Assembly (NCBI GenBank): GCA_052034235.1
Contig: JBPOIT010000009.1
Location: forward strand, 72,203-136,202
Direction of reading: 5' to 3'
Length of the DNA stretch: 64,000 nt
DNA from: Candidatus Levyibacteriota bacterium
Lineage (GTDB): Bacteria; Patescibacteriota; Microgenomatia; Levybacterales; UBA12049
Within the stretch, counting starts at the first letter, position 1. Each line of letters begins with the position of its first letter. The notes below the pieces were generated by a model. It was not told the origin of the DNA, searched no databases, and saw only the letters and a list, made by a program, of their open reading frames with translations. Positions 47,195 through 57,757 of the stretch are shown one piece after another. Made by a program: the position numbers and the translations under genes.

Positions 47195-47611
47195 TTATTT
47201 TGCAGCGGCTTTTGTTTGGTTAAAAACGTCAGTTATTTCCGCAATGAGATCAAGCAATTTTTGTCCATCAGCTGGATCAACTGATTTTTTTGTTTGTCCT
47301 GCTGCTTTTGTTGCTCTCCAAAAAAGATCGTGTAAATGTGGAAACTTTTCGAGATGTTCAGGCTTAAAGTAATCTGTCCATAAAACCCAGAGATGATGCT
47401 TGACCAGTTCTGCTCGCTGTTCTTTAATAATAATTGCTCGAATCTTTTGTTCTTCTTCATGGAAACCTGCATATTTCTGCATGATTTGCATCACGCTCTC
47501 TGCTTCGATCCGTGCTTGGGCAGGATCGTATACACCGCACGGAAGATCACAATGTGCATAAGCAATATGTTTGGGAAGAAGATTTGAAATGAGGGAAAAG
47601 AGCTTCGTCAT
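47195..47611 (-). CDS. sodN: nickel superoxide dismutase
   Basis: Ni-hook AHCDLPCGVYDP after a short leader; VKHHLWVLWTDYFKPEH. Confidence 0.96.
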   Translation of the reverse strand: MTKLFSLISNLLPKHIAYAHCDLPCGVYDPAQARIEAESVMQIMQKYAGFHEEEQKIRAIIIKEQRAELVKHHLWVLWTDYFKPEHLEKFPHLHDLFWRATKAAGQTKKSVDPADGQKLLDLIAEITDVFNQTKAAAK

Positions 47612-47738
47612 GAGAAAAATATAGCTGTTTGTTTGTCAGAAATCAAGTGTGAATTCAGTAAGACCCGAGTGTTTTTGTTAGGAAACTGTCCGAGTTGATG
47701 TCCAGCAAGTTAATTCATATGAACATATACTTGTCATT

Positions 47739-49094
47739 ATGGTAATGAAACAAGTTGATACTCAATGGACACGCGTGCAAAGACAATTTGAAGAAATAGG
47801 CGATCTTTTGAATCTTGATGCACAATTTGCGTCATATCTTTCTGAACCTGAGCAGATTGTCGAGGTTAGTTTGCCGTTAAAACGGGATGATAATTCAATA
47901 ACACACGTAAAGGGTATGCGTGTGCAACATAATAGTTTGCGCGGACCATATAAAGGAGGTTTGCGGTATCATCATGCTGTTTCACTTGACGAAATGAAAA
48001 CACTGTCATTTCTTATGACGATAAAGAATGCGCTTATCGATGTTCCGTTCGGTGGGGGTAAAGGCGGACTCATCGTTAATCCAAAAGCGCTCACAGAGCA
48101 GGAACTGGAGCGCTTAACTCGTCTTTTTGCTAAACATTTAGCTCCATCAATTGGTCCGGATGTCGACATCCCCGCACCTGATGTTAATACGAATCCAACT
48201 GTTATGTCCTGGTTTGTAGATGAGTATAAAAAGCATGCAAATCATTCTGCACCGCATGCAGTTGTCACCGGTAAACCCCTTGAAAAAGGAGGTTCACTCG
48301 GACGGACTGAGGCGACAGGTTTGGGAGGAGCTATTGCGCTTCTACAAACACTCAAATTACTCAACGAAAAGCCAAAAGGCTTAACCGTTGCGGTGCAGGG
48401 ATTTGGCAATGTCGGATACTACGTCGCATATTTTTTGCAGCAGTTTGGATTAAAAATTGTTGCGATTTCAGATTCAAAAGGCGGTGTTTATGTGCCTGAT
48501 GGCATTGCAGATATTAAAGCACTGCAAAGATGTCGTGAGTCAAAAGGTATGCTTGCGGGATGTTACTGCGTTGGTGGAGTCTGTGATATTAAAAATAAAG
48601 AAGTCGTAAATGGTCGAGATATTACACCGGATGAGATTCTTACTCTGCCTGTTGATATTGTAATTCCTGCAGCACTTGAAGACGTCATTACCGAAGAAAT
48701 TGCGAAAAAAATGAAAGCACAAATTGTTTTGGAAATGGCAAATGCTCCAACGACAGCAAAAGGAGAAAGGATACTTAACGAGCGGGGGATACTTGTTATC
48801 CCTGACGTGCTAGCAAATTCCGGAGGTGTGGCAGTTTCATATTTTGAATGGTACCAAAATATGAAAAATGAATCATGGAGCAAAGAAAAAGTGTTCTCGC
48901 GTCTGAAATCAAAAATGGAACGAGCAACAGAACTTGTTGTTCAGGCAAAAGAAGAGCATGAGGTAACACTTAGAGAAGCAGCTTTTATTGTAGCAGTGAA
49001 GAGAATAGAAAAAGCGTGGTATACTAAACATGAAAATCGGAAAAAGACAATAAAGAAAGAGCACAATGTTCAAAGCAATACCTACACTTACTGA
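47739..49094 (+). CDS. gdhA: Glu/Leu/Phe/Val dehydrogenase (glutamate dehydrogenase)
   Basis: RGPYKGGLRYH, GGGKGG, DIPAPDVNT, QGFGNVG, PDVLANSGGVAVSYFEW. Confidence 0.92.
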   Translation: MVMKQVDTQWTRVQRQFEEIGDLLNLDAQFASYLSEPEQIVEVSLPLKRDDNSITHVKGMRVQHNSLRGPYKGGLRYHHAVSLDEMKTLSFLMTIKNALIDVPFGGGKGGLIVNPKALTEQELERLTRLFAKHLAPSIGPDVDIPAPDVNTNPTVMSWFVDEYKKHANHSAPHAVVTGKPLEKGGSLGRTEATGLGGAIALLQTLKLLNEKPKGLTVAVQGFGNVGYYVAYFLQQFGLKIVAISDSKGGVYVPDGIADIKALQRCRESKGMLAGCYCVGGVCDIKNKEVVNGRDITPDEILTLPVDIVIPAALEDVITEEIAKKMKAQIVLEMANAPTTAKGERILNERGILVIPDVLANSGGVAVSYFEWYQNMKNESWSKEKVFSRLKSKMERATELVVQAKEEHEVTLREAAFIVAVKRIEKAWYTKHENRKKTIKKEHNVQSNTYTY

Positions 49095-50025
49095 TCATAT
49101 CCTCAAAGAGCAAAGACATCATAAACAGGTTACACCTGAATTTTATATTGTCCTTTTGCAAATTCAGAATACAGTCAAAGTTATTGCAAGTCATGTGCGA
49201 GCATCCGGACTTGTTGATATTCTGGGGAAAACAGGCAAGGAAAATAGTTTTGGAGAAGAAGTCCAAAAGCTCGATGAATTTGCAAATCAACTATTAATTG
49301 ATCGATTGCTTGCTAGTGGGTATGTCTATGCAGTTGTCTCAGAAGAAGAGAAAGAGCCAATATTTGCAAAAAAAGAATTAGCAGGTGACTATATCGTGTA
49401 TTTTGATCCGCTTGATGGTTCATCAAATATCGATACAAATTCTCCGATTGGAACGATATTTTCAATCTATCATAAAGAGGGTGGTATCTTGCAAAAAGGT
49501 GAACAGCAGCTTGCAGCTGGATATGCAATTTATGGTTCGAGTGTCATGTTTGTTTACAGCGTTGGAAGCGGGGTAAATGGTTTTACTTTTGATCCTGCAA
49601 TTGGCAGTTTCCTTCTTTCTCATCCCAATATGACTATGCCTAAAAAAGCGCAGATATATTCCATAAACGAAGGTTATGGGGATATGTATGATGACAGTGT
49701 GAAAGCGTATCTCCAATACATTAAAGAAACGAGAGCTTATAAGGGAAGATGTGTAGGTTCGCTCATTGCTGATGCGCATCGAACCTTTATAAAAGGTGGA
49801 ATATTCCTCTACCCGAGACATACGAAATCTCCTGAGGGGAAATTGCGCTTAATGCTTGAGGTGAACCCTTTTGCTTTTTTAACTGAACAAGCTGGAGGCA
49901 TTGCACTTGGTACAGATAATATTAGTCCACTGGCAATAATGCCAAAACATATTCATGATAGAGAGCCATTTATTATGGGAAGTGTAGAAAATATTGAAGA
50001 GTATCTCAAGTTTTTTAGTTCGTAA
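49066..50025 (+). CDS. fbp: class 1 fructose-1,6-bisphosphatase
   Basis: GEEVQKLD, SEE, FDPLDGSSNID, GGIFLYP, GKLRL..E. Confidence 0.95.
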   Translation: MFKAIPTLTDHILKEQRHHKQVTPEFYIVLLQIQNTVKVIASHVRASGLVDILGKTGKENSFGEEVQKLDEFANQLLIDRLLASGYVYAVVSEEEKEPIFAKKELAGDYIVYFDPLDGSSNIDTNSPIGTIFSIYHKEGGILQKGEQQLAAGYAIYGSSVMFVYSVGSGVNGFTFDPAIGSFLLSHPNMTMPKKAQIYSINEGYGDMYDDSVKAYLQYIKETRAYKGRCVGSLIADAHRTFIKGGIFLYPRHTKSPEGKLRLMLEVNPFAFLTEQAGGIALGTDNISPLAIMPKHIHDREPFIMGSVENIEEYLKFFSS

Positions 50026-51034
50026 ACTCCTGACTGTACATTTTGCCGTAAATTCCTCCGTCAATAACACCAACTCCTATTTTTTTGAAGTTGGGATTTA
50101 AGATATTTGCTCTATGACCAGGACTATTCATTAGCCCTTGCATTGCAAGTTGTGTGCTTGGTGCGAGTGCAAGATTTTCACCAGCATAAATATATTCAAT
50201 ATCTTCATTATTCATACGGTCAAAGGGTGAAACACCGTCTGGTGTGTAGTGAGAGAAGTAACCGCGTTTGAACATGTCCGTGGAGTGATTACGGGCTACG
50301 TCACGCAGCTGATTATCAAAGGCAAGCAGCTCGAGACCGGCCTTTGTTCGCTCTGTATTTACAAGACGAAACATTTCTTGTTCGGCTTCTTCATCAATGG
50401 TACCGTTCTGAACGGTAAAACGCAGATTAACCAGTTCGTTACTCTCTGGTTTAACCGTCATAAAATTAAGCGTTTCATTGAGTGCTCCACCAAATATGCC
50501 GTTGAGCTGTTTCTCAAAAAGTGATGTGTTTGAAACGAGTACTGAGCCAACTTGAGAATTGTTAACTAGTTTTTTAATAAGTGGTGAAGAAGGGAGGGAC
50601 ACAATAACGGTAAGTAAAAAAGAGAGTACAATAAATGCAGAAATTATCCCCGGAACAATGCCGAAATAGTGATTTGTTTTACTGAAAAAATGTGTAATGC
50701 CCTGATTGGTACGAATCTTTGGAATACGCATAAGTAATTTCCGAAACAAAATATTGAGAAGAATTTCACATAAAAGCGCTAAAAAGAAAAACCCAACAGC
50801 ATTGGCAATACCTATTGGCATCGAAAACGAAGTAACGAGAAGGTTTGCTGCGAAACCATAAAACTTCAGAGCCACAATAAAAGACGTAATGAAACTGATA
50901 AGATCAAGCAGTGCAAGTGTGAATCCAAGTGTATATCCCTCGTATGCGTAGAAGAAAATTATTGCTACGATAATAATATCTAGCAGATTCAAACCAAACG
51001 TAAACTGTGTCAGTAAGGCTCCCAAATCCGGCAT
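50015..51034 (-). CDS. CvpA-like membrane domain fused to a CAP/SCP domain
   Basis: LLDIII...YEGYTLGF with TMs; ARNHSTDM..GYFSH, AGENLA, MNSPGHRANIL. Confidence 0.88.
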   Translation of the reverse strand: MPDLGALLTQFTFGLNLLDIIIVAIIFFYAYEGYTLGFTLALLDLISFITSFIVALKFYGFAANLLVTSFSMPIGIANAVGFFFLALLCEILLNILFRKLLMRIPKIRTNQGITHFFSKTNHYFGIVPGIISAFIVLSFLLTVIVSLPSSPLIKKLVNNSQVGSVLVSNTSLFEKQLNGIFGGALNETLNFMTVKPESNELVNLRFTVQNGTIDEEAEQEMFRLVNTERTKAGLELLAFDNQLRDVARNHSTDMFKRGYFSHYTPDGVSPFDRMNNEDIEYIYAGENLALAPSTQLAMQGLMNSPGHRANILNPNFKKIGVGVIDGGIYGKMYSQEFTN

Positions 51035-51136
51035 TGTCTCTTTATTATAAGTGTGTTGCGTTAGAATGTATAGGGAAGAGACTTTGTTGTTTTGAAGCTA
51101 TCTGCTACAATTAAAAATAGCCTTCTCAAAATTTTT

Positions 51137-53305
51137 ATGGTGAAAAAGCATTACAGAAAGGTACTGAAAAGGGCAAAGAAAATTTCTTTAAAAAAGTCAT
51201 TTTTGGTACTGATGATTTTACTCATTATTGGCCTGAGCGCTTTAGGTGCGCTTTATTATTTCTTACTAAAAGATCTCCCTTCTCCTACGAAGTTGAATAA
51301 CAATACTGCGTCTTATTCCAGTCAAATCTATGATAGGCACGGAACTCTTCTCTATACACTCTATACGGATCGTAATCAAACATTTGTACCGCTTGATAAA
51401 ATCCCGAAGTACATGCAGCAAGCAACCATAGCGATTGAGGATAAAGATTTCTACCGACATGGTGCGGTAGATTTTAAGGGAATTATTCGCGCAGCTTATT
51501 CGATTGTTGTCCATAAACAGTTGCAGGGAGGATCAACCTTAACACAGCAGTTAGTAAAAACCAGCCTCCTTACGCTTGAACGTACTTGGGAGAGAAAAAT
51601 TAAGGAAGTTATTCTCGCTTTTGCGACGGAACTTATGTATGACAAAGATAAAATTTTGGAGATGTATCTTAATCAGGTTCCGTACGGTGGTACAGCTTAC
51701 GGTGTTGAAGCAGCATCTCAAACCTATTTTGGTAAACATGTCGGAGAATTAACTATTGCAGAAGCGGCATATATGGCTGGACTCCCAGAATCTCCAAGTA
51801 CATTGTCTCCCTTTGGTTCTCATCCTGAACAAGGAAAAAAGCGCCAGGAAGAGGTTTTACGGAAAATGGCGGAACAAGGCTATATTACAACAAAACAGAG
51901 GGATGAAGCTCTCAAGCAAGATCTGAATTTTGAAAAGATCAGTAATCCAATAAAGGCGCCACATTTCGTTTTTTATGTTAAAGACTTTTTGGTTAAAAAG
52001 TATGGTGAAAAGCGAGTTGAACAAGGTGGACTCAAAATAATCACATCCCTTGATTTGTCGCTTCAGGATTTTGCCCAGTCGACAGTAGCCTCGGAGGTAG
52101 CCAAATTGAAAAATAATAAAGTTGGGAATGGGGCTTCAATTATCACTGATCCTGGAACAGGTGAAATTTTGGCGATGGTTGGAAGTAAAGATTATTTTGA
52201 CGAAGAGCATGGAAACGTAAACATCACACTTGCACTTCGGCAGCCTGGCTCGTCGATTAAGCCTATCAATTACGCTGTTGGCTTGACCAAGGGATATAGT
52301 GCAGCAACACCGTTTGTCGATGCTCCTGTTTGCTTCCCTCAATCAAGCGGCCCAGCTTATTGTCCCCGCAATTATGATGGAAAATTTCACGGTATCGTAA
52401 ATATGCGTGATTCACTTGGCAATTCTTTAAACATTCCTGCCGTCCAAATGCTGAAACTTAACGGCATTGAGTCTATGATAAAAATCGCAAATTCGATGGG
52501 GCTTGAAACATTGCAGGATCCTAGTAAATACGGATTATCTTTAACCCTCGGTGGTGGAGAAGTCACAATGATACATATGGCGACAGCTTTTGGTGTTTTC
52601 GCTAATCAGGGATATCGTATCGATCCACATCCAATTCTCAAGATTACTGACCGGGAAGGAAAGATAGTTGAGGAATATAAACCTCCAACGAGTCCAATAT
52701 TTGGTAAAAGAGTTTTGTCATCAGAAGTTTCCTATATTATTTCTGATATTCTGGCTGACAATAATGCGAGAAGAATGGCTTTCGGTTCAAATTCTGAACT
52801 CAAAATTGATAAGCAGCGAGTTTCTGTCAAAACAGGCACGACCAATGATTATCGTGATAACTGGACAATAGGCTACACGCCTTCATACCTCGTTGCAGTT
52901 TGGGTTGGAAATAACGACAACAAACCGATGAGTGGGGTTGTTTCAGGTGTAACAGGAGCAGCACCTATTTGGCATGATATTATGGCGCATATTCTTGAGG
53001 GCAAAAAACCTGAAATTCCCCAGAAACCTCCAAAAGTGGTGGGAAAATATGTTTGTGGTGCGACTGGTCAAACTGCTCCTGAAGGACAACAATGCTCAAG
53101 TCGTTATGAGTACTTTATTAAAGATGCGCCAAAGGTAAAGGAGGGCGGAACATCACGTCAAAAAGTCTTTATTGATAAAACAACTGGGGCTGAAGCCAAA
53201 CCAGGACAAACAGAAAACGTGGAAGAGCGAGAAGAAACAGTATTTATCGATCCCTCAGGGGCAAAATATTGTGTCAGTTGTGCAAGACCTTCACCAGCTC
53301 CTTAA
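51137..53305 (+). CDS. class A penicillin-binding protein (PBP1A family)
   Basis: EDKDFY.H, QGGSTLTQQ, RKIKE; RQPGSSIKP (SxxK), SLN, KTGTT. Confidence 0.95.
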   Translation: MVKKHYRKVLKRAKKISLKKSFLVLMILLIIGLSALGALYYFLLKDLPSPTKLNNNTASYSSQIYDRHGTLLYTLYTDRNQTFVPLDKIPKYMQQATIAIEDKDFYRHGAVDFKGIIRAAYSIVVHKQLQGGSTLTQQLVKTSLLTLERTWERKIKEVILAFATELMYDKDKILEMYLNQVPYGGTAYGVEAASQTYFGKHVGELTIAEAAYMAGLPESPSTLSPFGSHPEQGKKRQEEVLRKMAEQGYITTKQRDEALKQDLNFEKISNPIKAPHFVFYVKDFLVKKYGEKRVEQGGLKIITSLDLSLQDFAQSTVASEVAKLKNNKVGNGASIITDPGTGEILAMVGSKDYFDEEHGNVNITLALRQPGSSIKPINYAVGLTKGYSAATPFVDAPVCFPQSSGPAYCPRNYDGKFHGIVNMRDSLGNSLNIPAVQMLKLNGIESMIKIANSMGLETLQDPSKYGLSLTLGGGEVTMIHMATAFGVFANQGYRIDPHPILKITDREGKIVEEYKPPTSPIFGKRVLSSEVSYIISDILADNNARRMAFGSNSELKIDKQRVSVKTGTTNDYRDNWTIGYTPSYLVAVWVGNNDNKPMSGVVSGVTGAAPIWHDIMAHILEGKKPEIPQKPPKVVGKYVCGATGQTAPEGQQCSSRYEYFIKDAPKVKEGGTSRQKVFIDKTTGAEAKPGQTENVEEREETVFIDPSGAKYCVSCARPSPAP

Positions 53306-53345
53306 CCTGTAATCCCTTTTTAAAAACTGTTATTATATATGTGTC

Positions 53346-53537
53346 ATGGCAGAAAAAATAAGTCCTTACAGTCAGCGTTCAGCAAGAAAAACAATGATTT
53401 TTGTTATAGTTTTGCTTGCGATTGCAGCTCTTATTGCTATTTTTGCAATCTACATGACATATAAACAATCTTCAGTGATGACCCAGTCTACGTATTTTGA
53501 AAAACCAACTCCTGCTACGGGTTCTTCTGAGGAGTAA
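53346..53537 (+). CDS. small single-TM protein
   Basis: 63 aa with one strong TM segment; clean intergenic position. Confidence 0.6.
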   Translation: MAEKISPYSQRSARKTMIFVIVLLAIAALIAIFAIYMTYKQSSVMTQSTYFEKPTPATGSSEE

Positions 53538-53557
53538 TTGTAAGAAAATTCTTACAA
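53538..53557. promoter_or_regulatory. inverted repeat (operator or terminator-like)
   Basis: ttgtaagaa-aa-ttcttacaa. Confidence 0.35.
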
Positions 53558-53706
53558 AGCAATAAATTACCGCATTTTTTGAATCTCCTTCTTTTCAATG
53601 TCTTAGGGCTTTAGTATAATTTTCCCAGCTTCTCAACCGAAACAATTAACACGGCACCTCCTTACTCCCGCTTGTTAAGAGTCTTTGGTTTGTTCTGTGT
53701 TCGATC

Positions 53707-55926
53707 ATGCGTATTGTACTTTATATCATTTTCCTCTTTTTTATAGGCTTGATTGCTCTTGAAAACGGAGTTGCAGCAGTTATCAACTTCATTACAGGTA
53801 CAAGTAGAAATATCTGGAAGCATATACGGCATCCGAGAATGACTATTCCCTTAATACCAAAGAAACGTTTATCTACCATGAAAGTGAAACGTTTCAAGGT
53901 TAAAAGAATAAATTTTTCCTTATTTACAAAAAAGAAAAAGAAAAAACGAACGACTCAGCCTCACGGCATCTTTGTCAGGACAAAAATAAAATATTTCTTT
54001 ATTGGTAGTTTTTTTTCAATGCTCTTTGTCTTCTTGCCTTTGGTTTTGTTAATTTTTATTCAGGATTTGCCAAGCCCCAAAGAATTATCACTGCACCAAA
54101 TGCCTCAGACAACCAAAATTCTTGACCGTAACGGTAAGCTGCTTGCTGAAATATATACAAATCAAAATCGAACGGTCATACCACTTTCTGATGTACCTAT
54201 ACATCTTCGTCAAGCAACGCTTTCAATTGAAGATAAAAATTTTTATAAACATCCAGGTTTTGATGTGCCATCACTCATCCGGGCATTTCGTGAAACAGTT
54301 ACAAAGAATAATCGTCAGGGTGGGTCAACTATTACTCAGCAGCTGATTAAATCATCAATGTTAACACCAGAACAAAGCCTTTCTCGAAAAGCCAAGGAAC
54401 TTGTGCTTGCCTTCTGGGCTGAACATATTTACACAAAAGATCAGATTCTGGAAATGTACTTCAACCAAGTTCCATACGGAGGAACTGCTTGGGGAATCGA
54501 AGCTGCATCTGAAACGTATTTCAATAAATCTGTCAAAGAAATATCACTTGCTGAATCTGCATTTCTTGCAGGTCTTACTTCAGCGCCAAGTTATTATTCT
54601 CCCTATGGTAATTATCCAAATGCTTGGAAGGGGCGACAAAAAGAAGTATTAAAACGAATGGTTGCCACAGGTTATATCTCTCAAAAACAAGCTGATGTTG
54701 CTGCAAAAGCACCAATTACTTTTAGAAAACAACAAATTGCGCTCCATGCACCACATTTTGTGACATATGTAAGAGAGCAGTTAACGGCAAAATACGGATA
54801 TGCTGCCGTCGAAAAAGGAGGATTATCAATTACGACATCACTTGATCTCTCAAAACAGGAAATGGCTGAGAAGTATGTCGCTGCAGAAGTCGCAAAAAGC
54901 GTCTCTTTGAATTTTACCAATGGTGCGGCAATTATTACTGATCCCCAAAATGGTGATATCTTAGCTATGGTTGGTAGTCATGATTTTTTTGATGAGAATG
55001 GTGGCAATGTAAACATAGCAACAAGTCAAAGACAGCCAGGATCGAGTATAAAAGTGGTTGCATATGCAGCAGCTCTTGAAAAAGGGATGACTGCAGCGAC
55101 CATACTCGATGACGCTCCTGTCAGTTATCCAAGCGGTGGGGGTACGTATTCTCCAGTTAATTACGATGGTCGGTTCCATGGACGAGTGCCTTTGCGTACT
55201 GCACTTGCAAACTCCTACAATATTCCTGCAGTTAAGATTCTTGACCAAATAGGTGTTCCTGCTATGGTTAATCTCGGCAAAAAAATGGGAATAACCAGTT
55301 GGGGAGAGCCTGAACAATATGGATTATCCCTTTCTCTCGGTGCTGGGGAAGTGACAATGGTGGATATGGCTCATGTTTATGGCACAATGGCAAATGAAGG
55401 AATTCGTCAGGATTTGGATCCAATACTCAAAATTACTGACTCAAAAGGAACAGTTTTGCAGGAGAAAAAAACAAAACCTGGCAGGCAAGTGCTCGCAAAA
55501 GGTGTTGCTTTTATCATGTCTGATATTTTGGCTGATAATAATGCTCGCTCTGCTGCCTTTGGTCCAAATTCTGTATTACATATTCCCGGCAGAACTGTCT
55601 CGGTGAAAACAGGGACGACAGATAATAAACGTGATAACTGGACTGATGGGTTTACAAGAGATTACGTAGTTATTGTATGGGTAGGTAATAACGATAATCA
55701 ACCAATGAGTCCGACACTTGCTTCTGGTATAACAGGTGCCGCTCCTATATGGAACAATATCATGAAAGATCTTCTTGCAAAAAAGCCTGATAATAAACCA
55801 ACTCCTCCTGCGGAAGTAGTTAAAAAAACATGTTTTGGAAAACCTGAATATTTTGTTAAAGGAACTGAAAATTCAGTGAGTTGTGGGTTTCTTTCCCCGC
55901 CAAAAGGTGCCTACAGTTTTCGCTAA
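53707..55926 (+). CDS. class A penicillin-binding protein (PBP1A family), second paralog
   Basis: EDKNFY.H, QGGSTITQQ; RQPGSSIK, SYN, KTGTT. Confidence 0.95.
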   Translation: MRIVLYIIFLFFIGLIALENGVAAVINFITGTSRNIWKHIRHPRMTIPLIPKKRLSTMKVKRFKVKRINFSLFTKKKKKKRTTQPHGIFVRTKIKYFFIGSFFSMLFVFLPLVLLIFIQDLPSPKELSLHQMPQTTKILDRNGKLLAEIYTNQNRTVIPLSDVPIHLRQATLSIEDKNFYKHPGFDVPSLIRAFRETVTKNNRQGGSTITQQLIKSSMLTPEQSLSRKAKELVLAFWAEHIYTKDQILEMYFNQVPYGGTAWGIEAASETYFNKSVKEISLAESAFLAGLTSAPSYYSPYGNYPNAWKGRQKEVLKRMVATGYISQKQADVAAKAPITFRKQQIALHAPHFVTYVREQLTAKYGYAAVEKGGLSITTSLDLSKQEMAEKYVAAEVAKSVSLNFTNGAAIITDPQNGDILAMVGSHDFFDENGGNVNIATSQRQPGSSIKVVAYAAALEKGMTAATILDDAPVSYPSGGGTYSPVNYDGRFHGRVPLRTALANSYNIPAVKILDQIGVPAMVNLGKKMGITSWGEPEQYGLSLSLGAGEVTMVDMAHVYGTMANEGIRQDLDPILKITDSKGTVLQEKKTKPGRQVLAKGVAFIMSDILADNNARSAAFGPNSVLHIPGRTVSVKTGTTDNKRDNWTDGFTRDYVVIVWVGNNDNQPMSPTLASGITGAAPIWNNIMKDLLAKKPDNKPTPPAEVVKKTCFGKPEYFVKGTENSVSCGFLSPPKGAYSFR

Positions 55927-55938
55927 AAAAGATAGTGG

Positions 55939-56637
55939 TTATTTACCTTGCAGTTCCTGAAGCTTTTTCTCAAGCAGTTTGAATTGTTCCTCTGGTGTCT
56001 CTGTTTGATTAAATAAATAACTTGTGGCGACAAATCTATTTGCACCAGCAGCAGCAGCGAGTGCAATTGTTTCGTCGTTAATGCCGCCATCCACTTCAAT
56101 CGGCAGAAATTCATTTTTTTCTCGTAAGGTTTTCACTTTTTGCAGGAGAGATTCTTCAAAAGTTTGTCCTGAAAAGCCTGCTTGTATAGTCATGACAAGA
56201 ACTGCATCCAGGTCATCAAGTGGGACTTTAATAGCGTCAAGTGTTGATTGCTTATCAATTGCTAATGCGACTTCTCCATAGAGTTGAGCTTCTGCTACAA
56301 ATGCTTCCTGGTCAGGCATTTTTTCTATATGACCAATAAATCGGTGGAACCCTGCATCAGCCCATTTTTTAATATGAGCAAGCGGGTCTTCAACCATAAG
56401 ATGCACTTCAAAAACAAGTCCTTTATCATTTACAAATTGTCCACGCTGTCCGCCAGGTAATTCTTTGGTCCATTTCATAAACGGAGTAGGGTCTGCAAAA
56501 GTTGTATTATTGGCAAATTTGCCGTCGATAACATCGATGTGGACTGTTTTTATAAGCGGCTTAACTTTCTCGATTTTCTCTTCGATTTCTTCAAAATTTT
56601 TATTCTCAGTACCAGGGCTGGGGACTATTTCAAACAT
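55939..56637 (-). CDS. rpe: ribulose-phosphate 3-epimerase
   Basis: HIDVIDGKF, EVHLMV, VMTIQAGFSGQ, IEVDGGIN. Confidence 0.93.
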   Translation of the reverse strand: MFEIVPSPGTENKNFEEIEEKIEKVKPLIKTVHIDVIDGKFANNTTFADPTPFMKWTKELPGGQRGQFVNDKGLVFEVHLMVEDPLAHIKKWADAGFHRFIGHIEKMPDQEAFVAEAQLYGEVALAIDKQSTLDAIKVPLDDLDAVLVMTIQAGFSGQTFEESLLQKVKTLREKNEFLPIEVDGGINDETIALAAAAGANRFVATSYLFNQTETPEEQFKLLEKKLQELQGK

Positions 56638-56640
56638 AGG

Positions 56641-57144
56641 TTAGTAATTCTCTAATATCTTTATCTTTTCAATTCGTCGCATGTGGCGCGGATTTGTCGG
56701 ACCTGGTGCTGAAAGAAAAAGTTCAACTGCTTTAAAAACGTCTTCTTCTTTTACAAACCTGATGCCAATTGAAAGGACATTTGAACCATTATGTTCACGT
56801 GTGAGTTTAAGCATTTCAAATGAGTCAGTACTTTGCGATCCTTCAGCATTGATTGCTTGTGTAGGAACAGCGGGGGTATAGAACAATGCGCAGCGGACGC
56901 CTTTAATTTTGTTTGCAACCATAGCTTCACCTTGTCCAGAACCGCCAAAGACAATACCTCTCGCATTTTCAGGATCCTTCCCAACTGCTAGTGCAGCTTT
57001 GCTGATAAAATCAGGATAATCATCGTCCTTATCATACGTATATGCTCCGCAATCCTCAACCTCATAACCTTTTTCTTTCAAAAACGGTATGAGTTTACCT
57101 TTTAATTCGACCCCTGTATGATCTGTTGCCAAATAAACTTTCAT
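56641..57144 (-). CDS. rpiB: ribose-5-phosphate isomerase B family
   Basis: MKVYLATDH.G..LK, DYPD, GGSGQGE...ANK..GVR, REHN, RH.RRI; ATG 57144. Confidence 0.92.
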   Translation of the reverse strand: MKVYLATDHTGVELKGKLIPFLKEKGYEVEDCGAYTYDKDDDYPDFISKAALAVGKDPENARGIVFGGSGQGEAMVANKIKGVRCALFYTPAVPTQAINAEGSQSTDSFEMLKLTREHNGSNVLSIGIRFVKEEDVFKAVELFLSAPGPTNPRHMRRIEKIKILENY

Positions 57145-57148
57145 AGTT

Positions 57149-57667
57149 TTACTTACCGACGATAACTTCTGCGTCTTGGGTAATTGTATCATCAACTGCT
57201 GCTGAAATACTTGCATTGGGATTAGCATCACGAATGTCTTTTTCAAGTAGTGATAAATAGCTATTTTTGCTTTGTTTGACATGAATCGTAATGCCGGTGT
57301 ATGTGAATTTAGCTGCATTACCGATTGTGCCAATATTGTAGCCCAGTTCATCGAGCGTTGATGAAACTCCTTTTGCTGCACCTGCAGTACCGCTGCCATT
57401 AAGAATTGCGACTGTTAACTCACTGCGTTCAAGCTGAGGAGTTGTCGGTGTTGGTAGTGATGTTGGTACAACTGCAACTATCGGTGTTGGAGTAGAAACA
57501 GGAGCAATTGTTTGCAAAATATTTTTTCCACTGCTTGCACCAATGAAATAAAGTGCTGCGAGTGCGGCAATAATTAACAATAGCACGATGAAAAATATGA
57601 GAAAAAGCCGTGGCCTAGGGGATGACCGTTCGACGTAAGAAGGGAATTCAGAAAATGAATCGCTCAT
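57149..57667 (-). CDS. membrane-anchored LytR C-terminal domain protein
   Basis: TM, PT linker, VAILNGSGTAGAA...GNA...VIVG. Confidence 0.85.
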   Translation of the reverse strand: MSDSFSEFPSYVERSSPRPRLFLIFFIVLLLIIAALAALYFIGASSGKNILQTIAPVSTPTPIVAVVPTSLPTPTTPQLERSELTVAILNGSGTAGAAKGVSSTLDELGYNIGTIGNAAKFTYTGITIHVKQSKNSYLSLLEKDIRDANPNASISAAVDDTITQDAEVIVGK

Positions 57668-57757
57668 GTAAAATTTATTTGCCTGCATGTTTATTCAGGC
57701 AGATTATGCATAGATACTAGCATATTTTGCTTCACTTTGGAATGGTATACTTACTGT

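Noticed and set aside
57145-57399. 85-aa N-terminal extension of RpiB
   Set aside because: It overlaps the LytR_C gene in another frame; canonical RpiB begins at 57144
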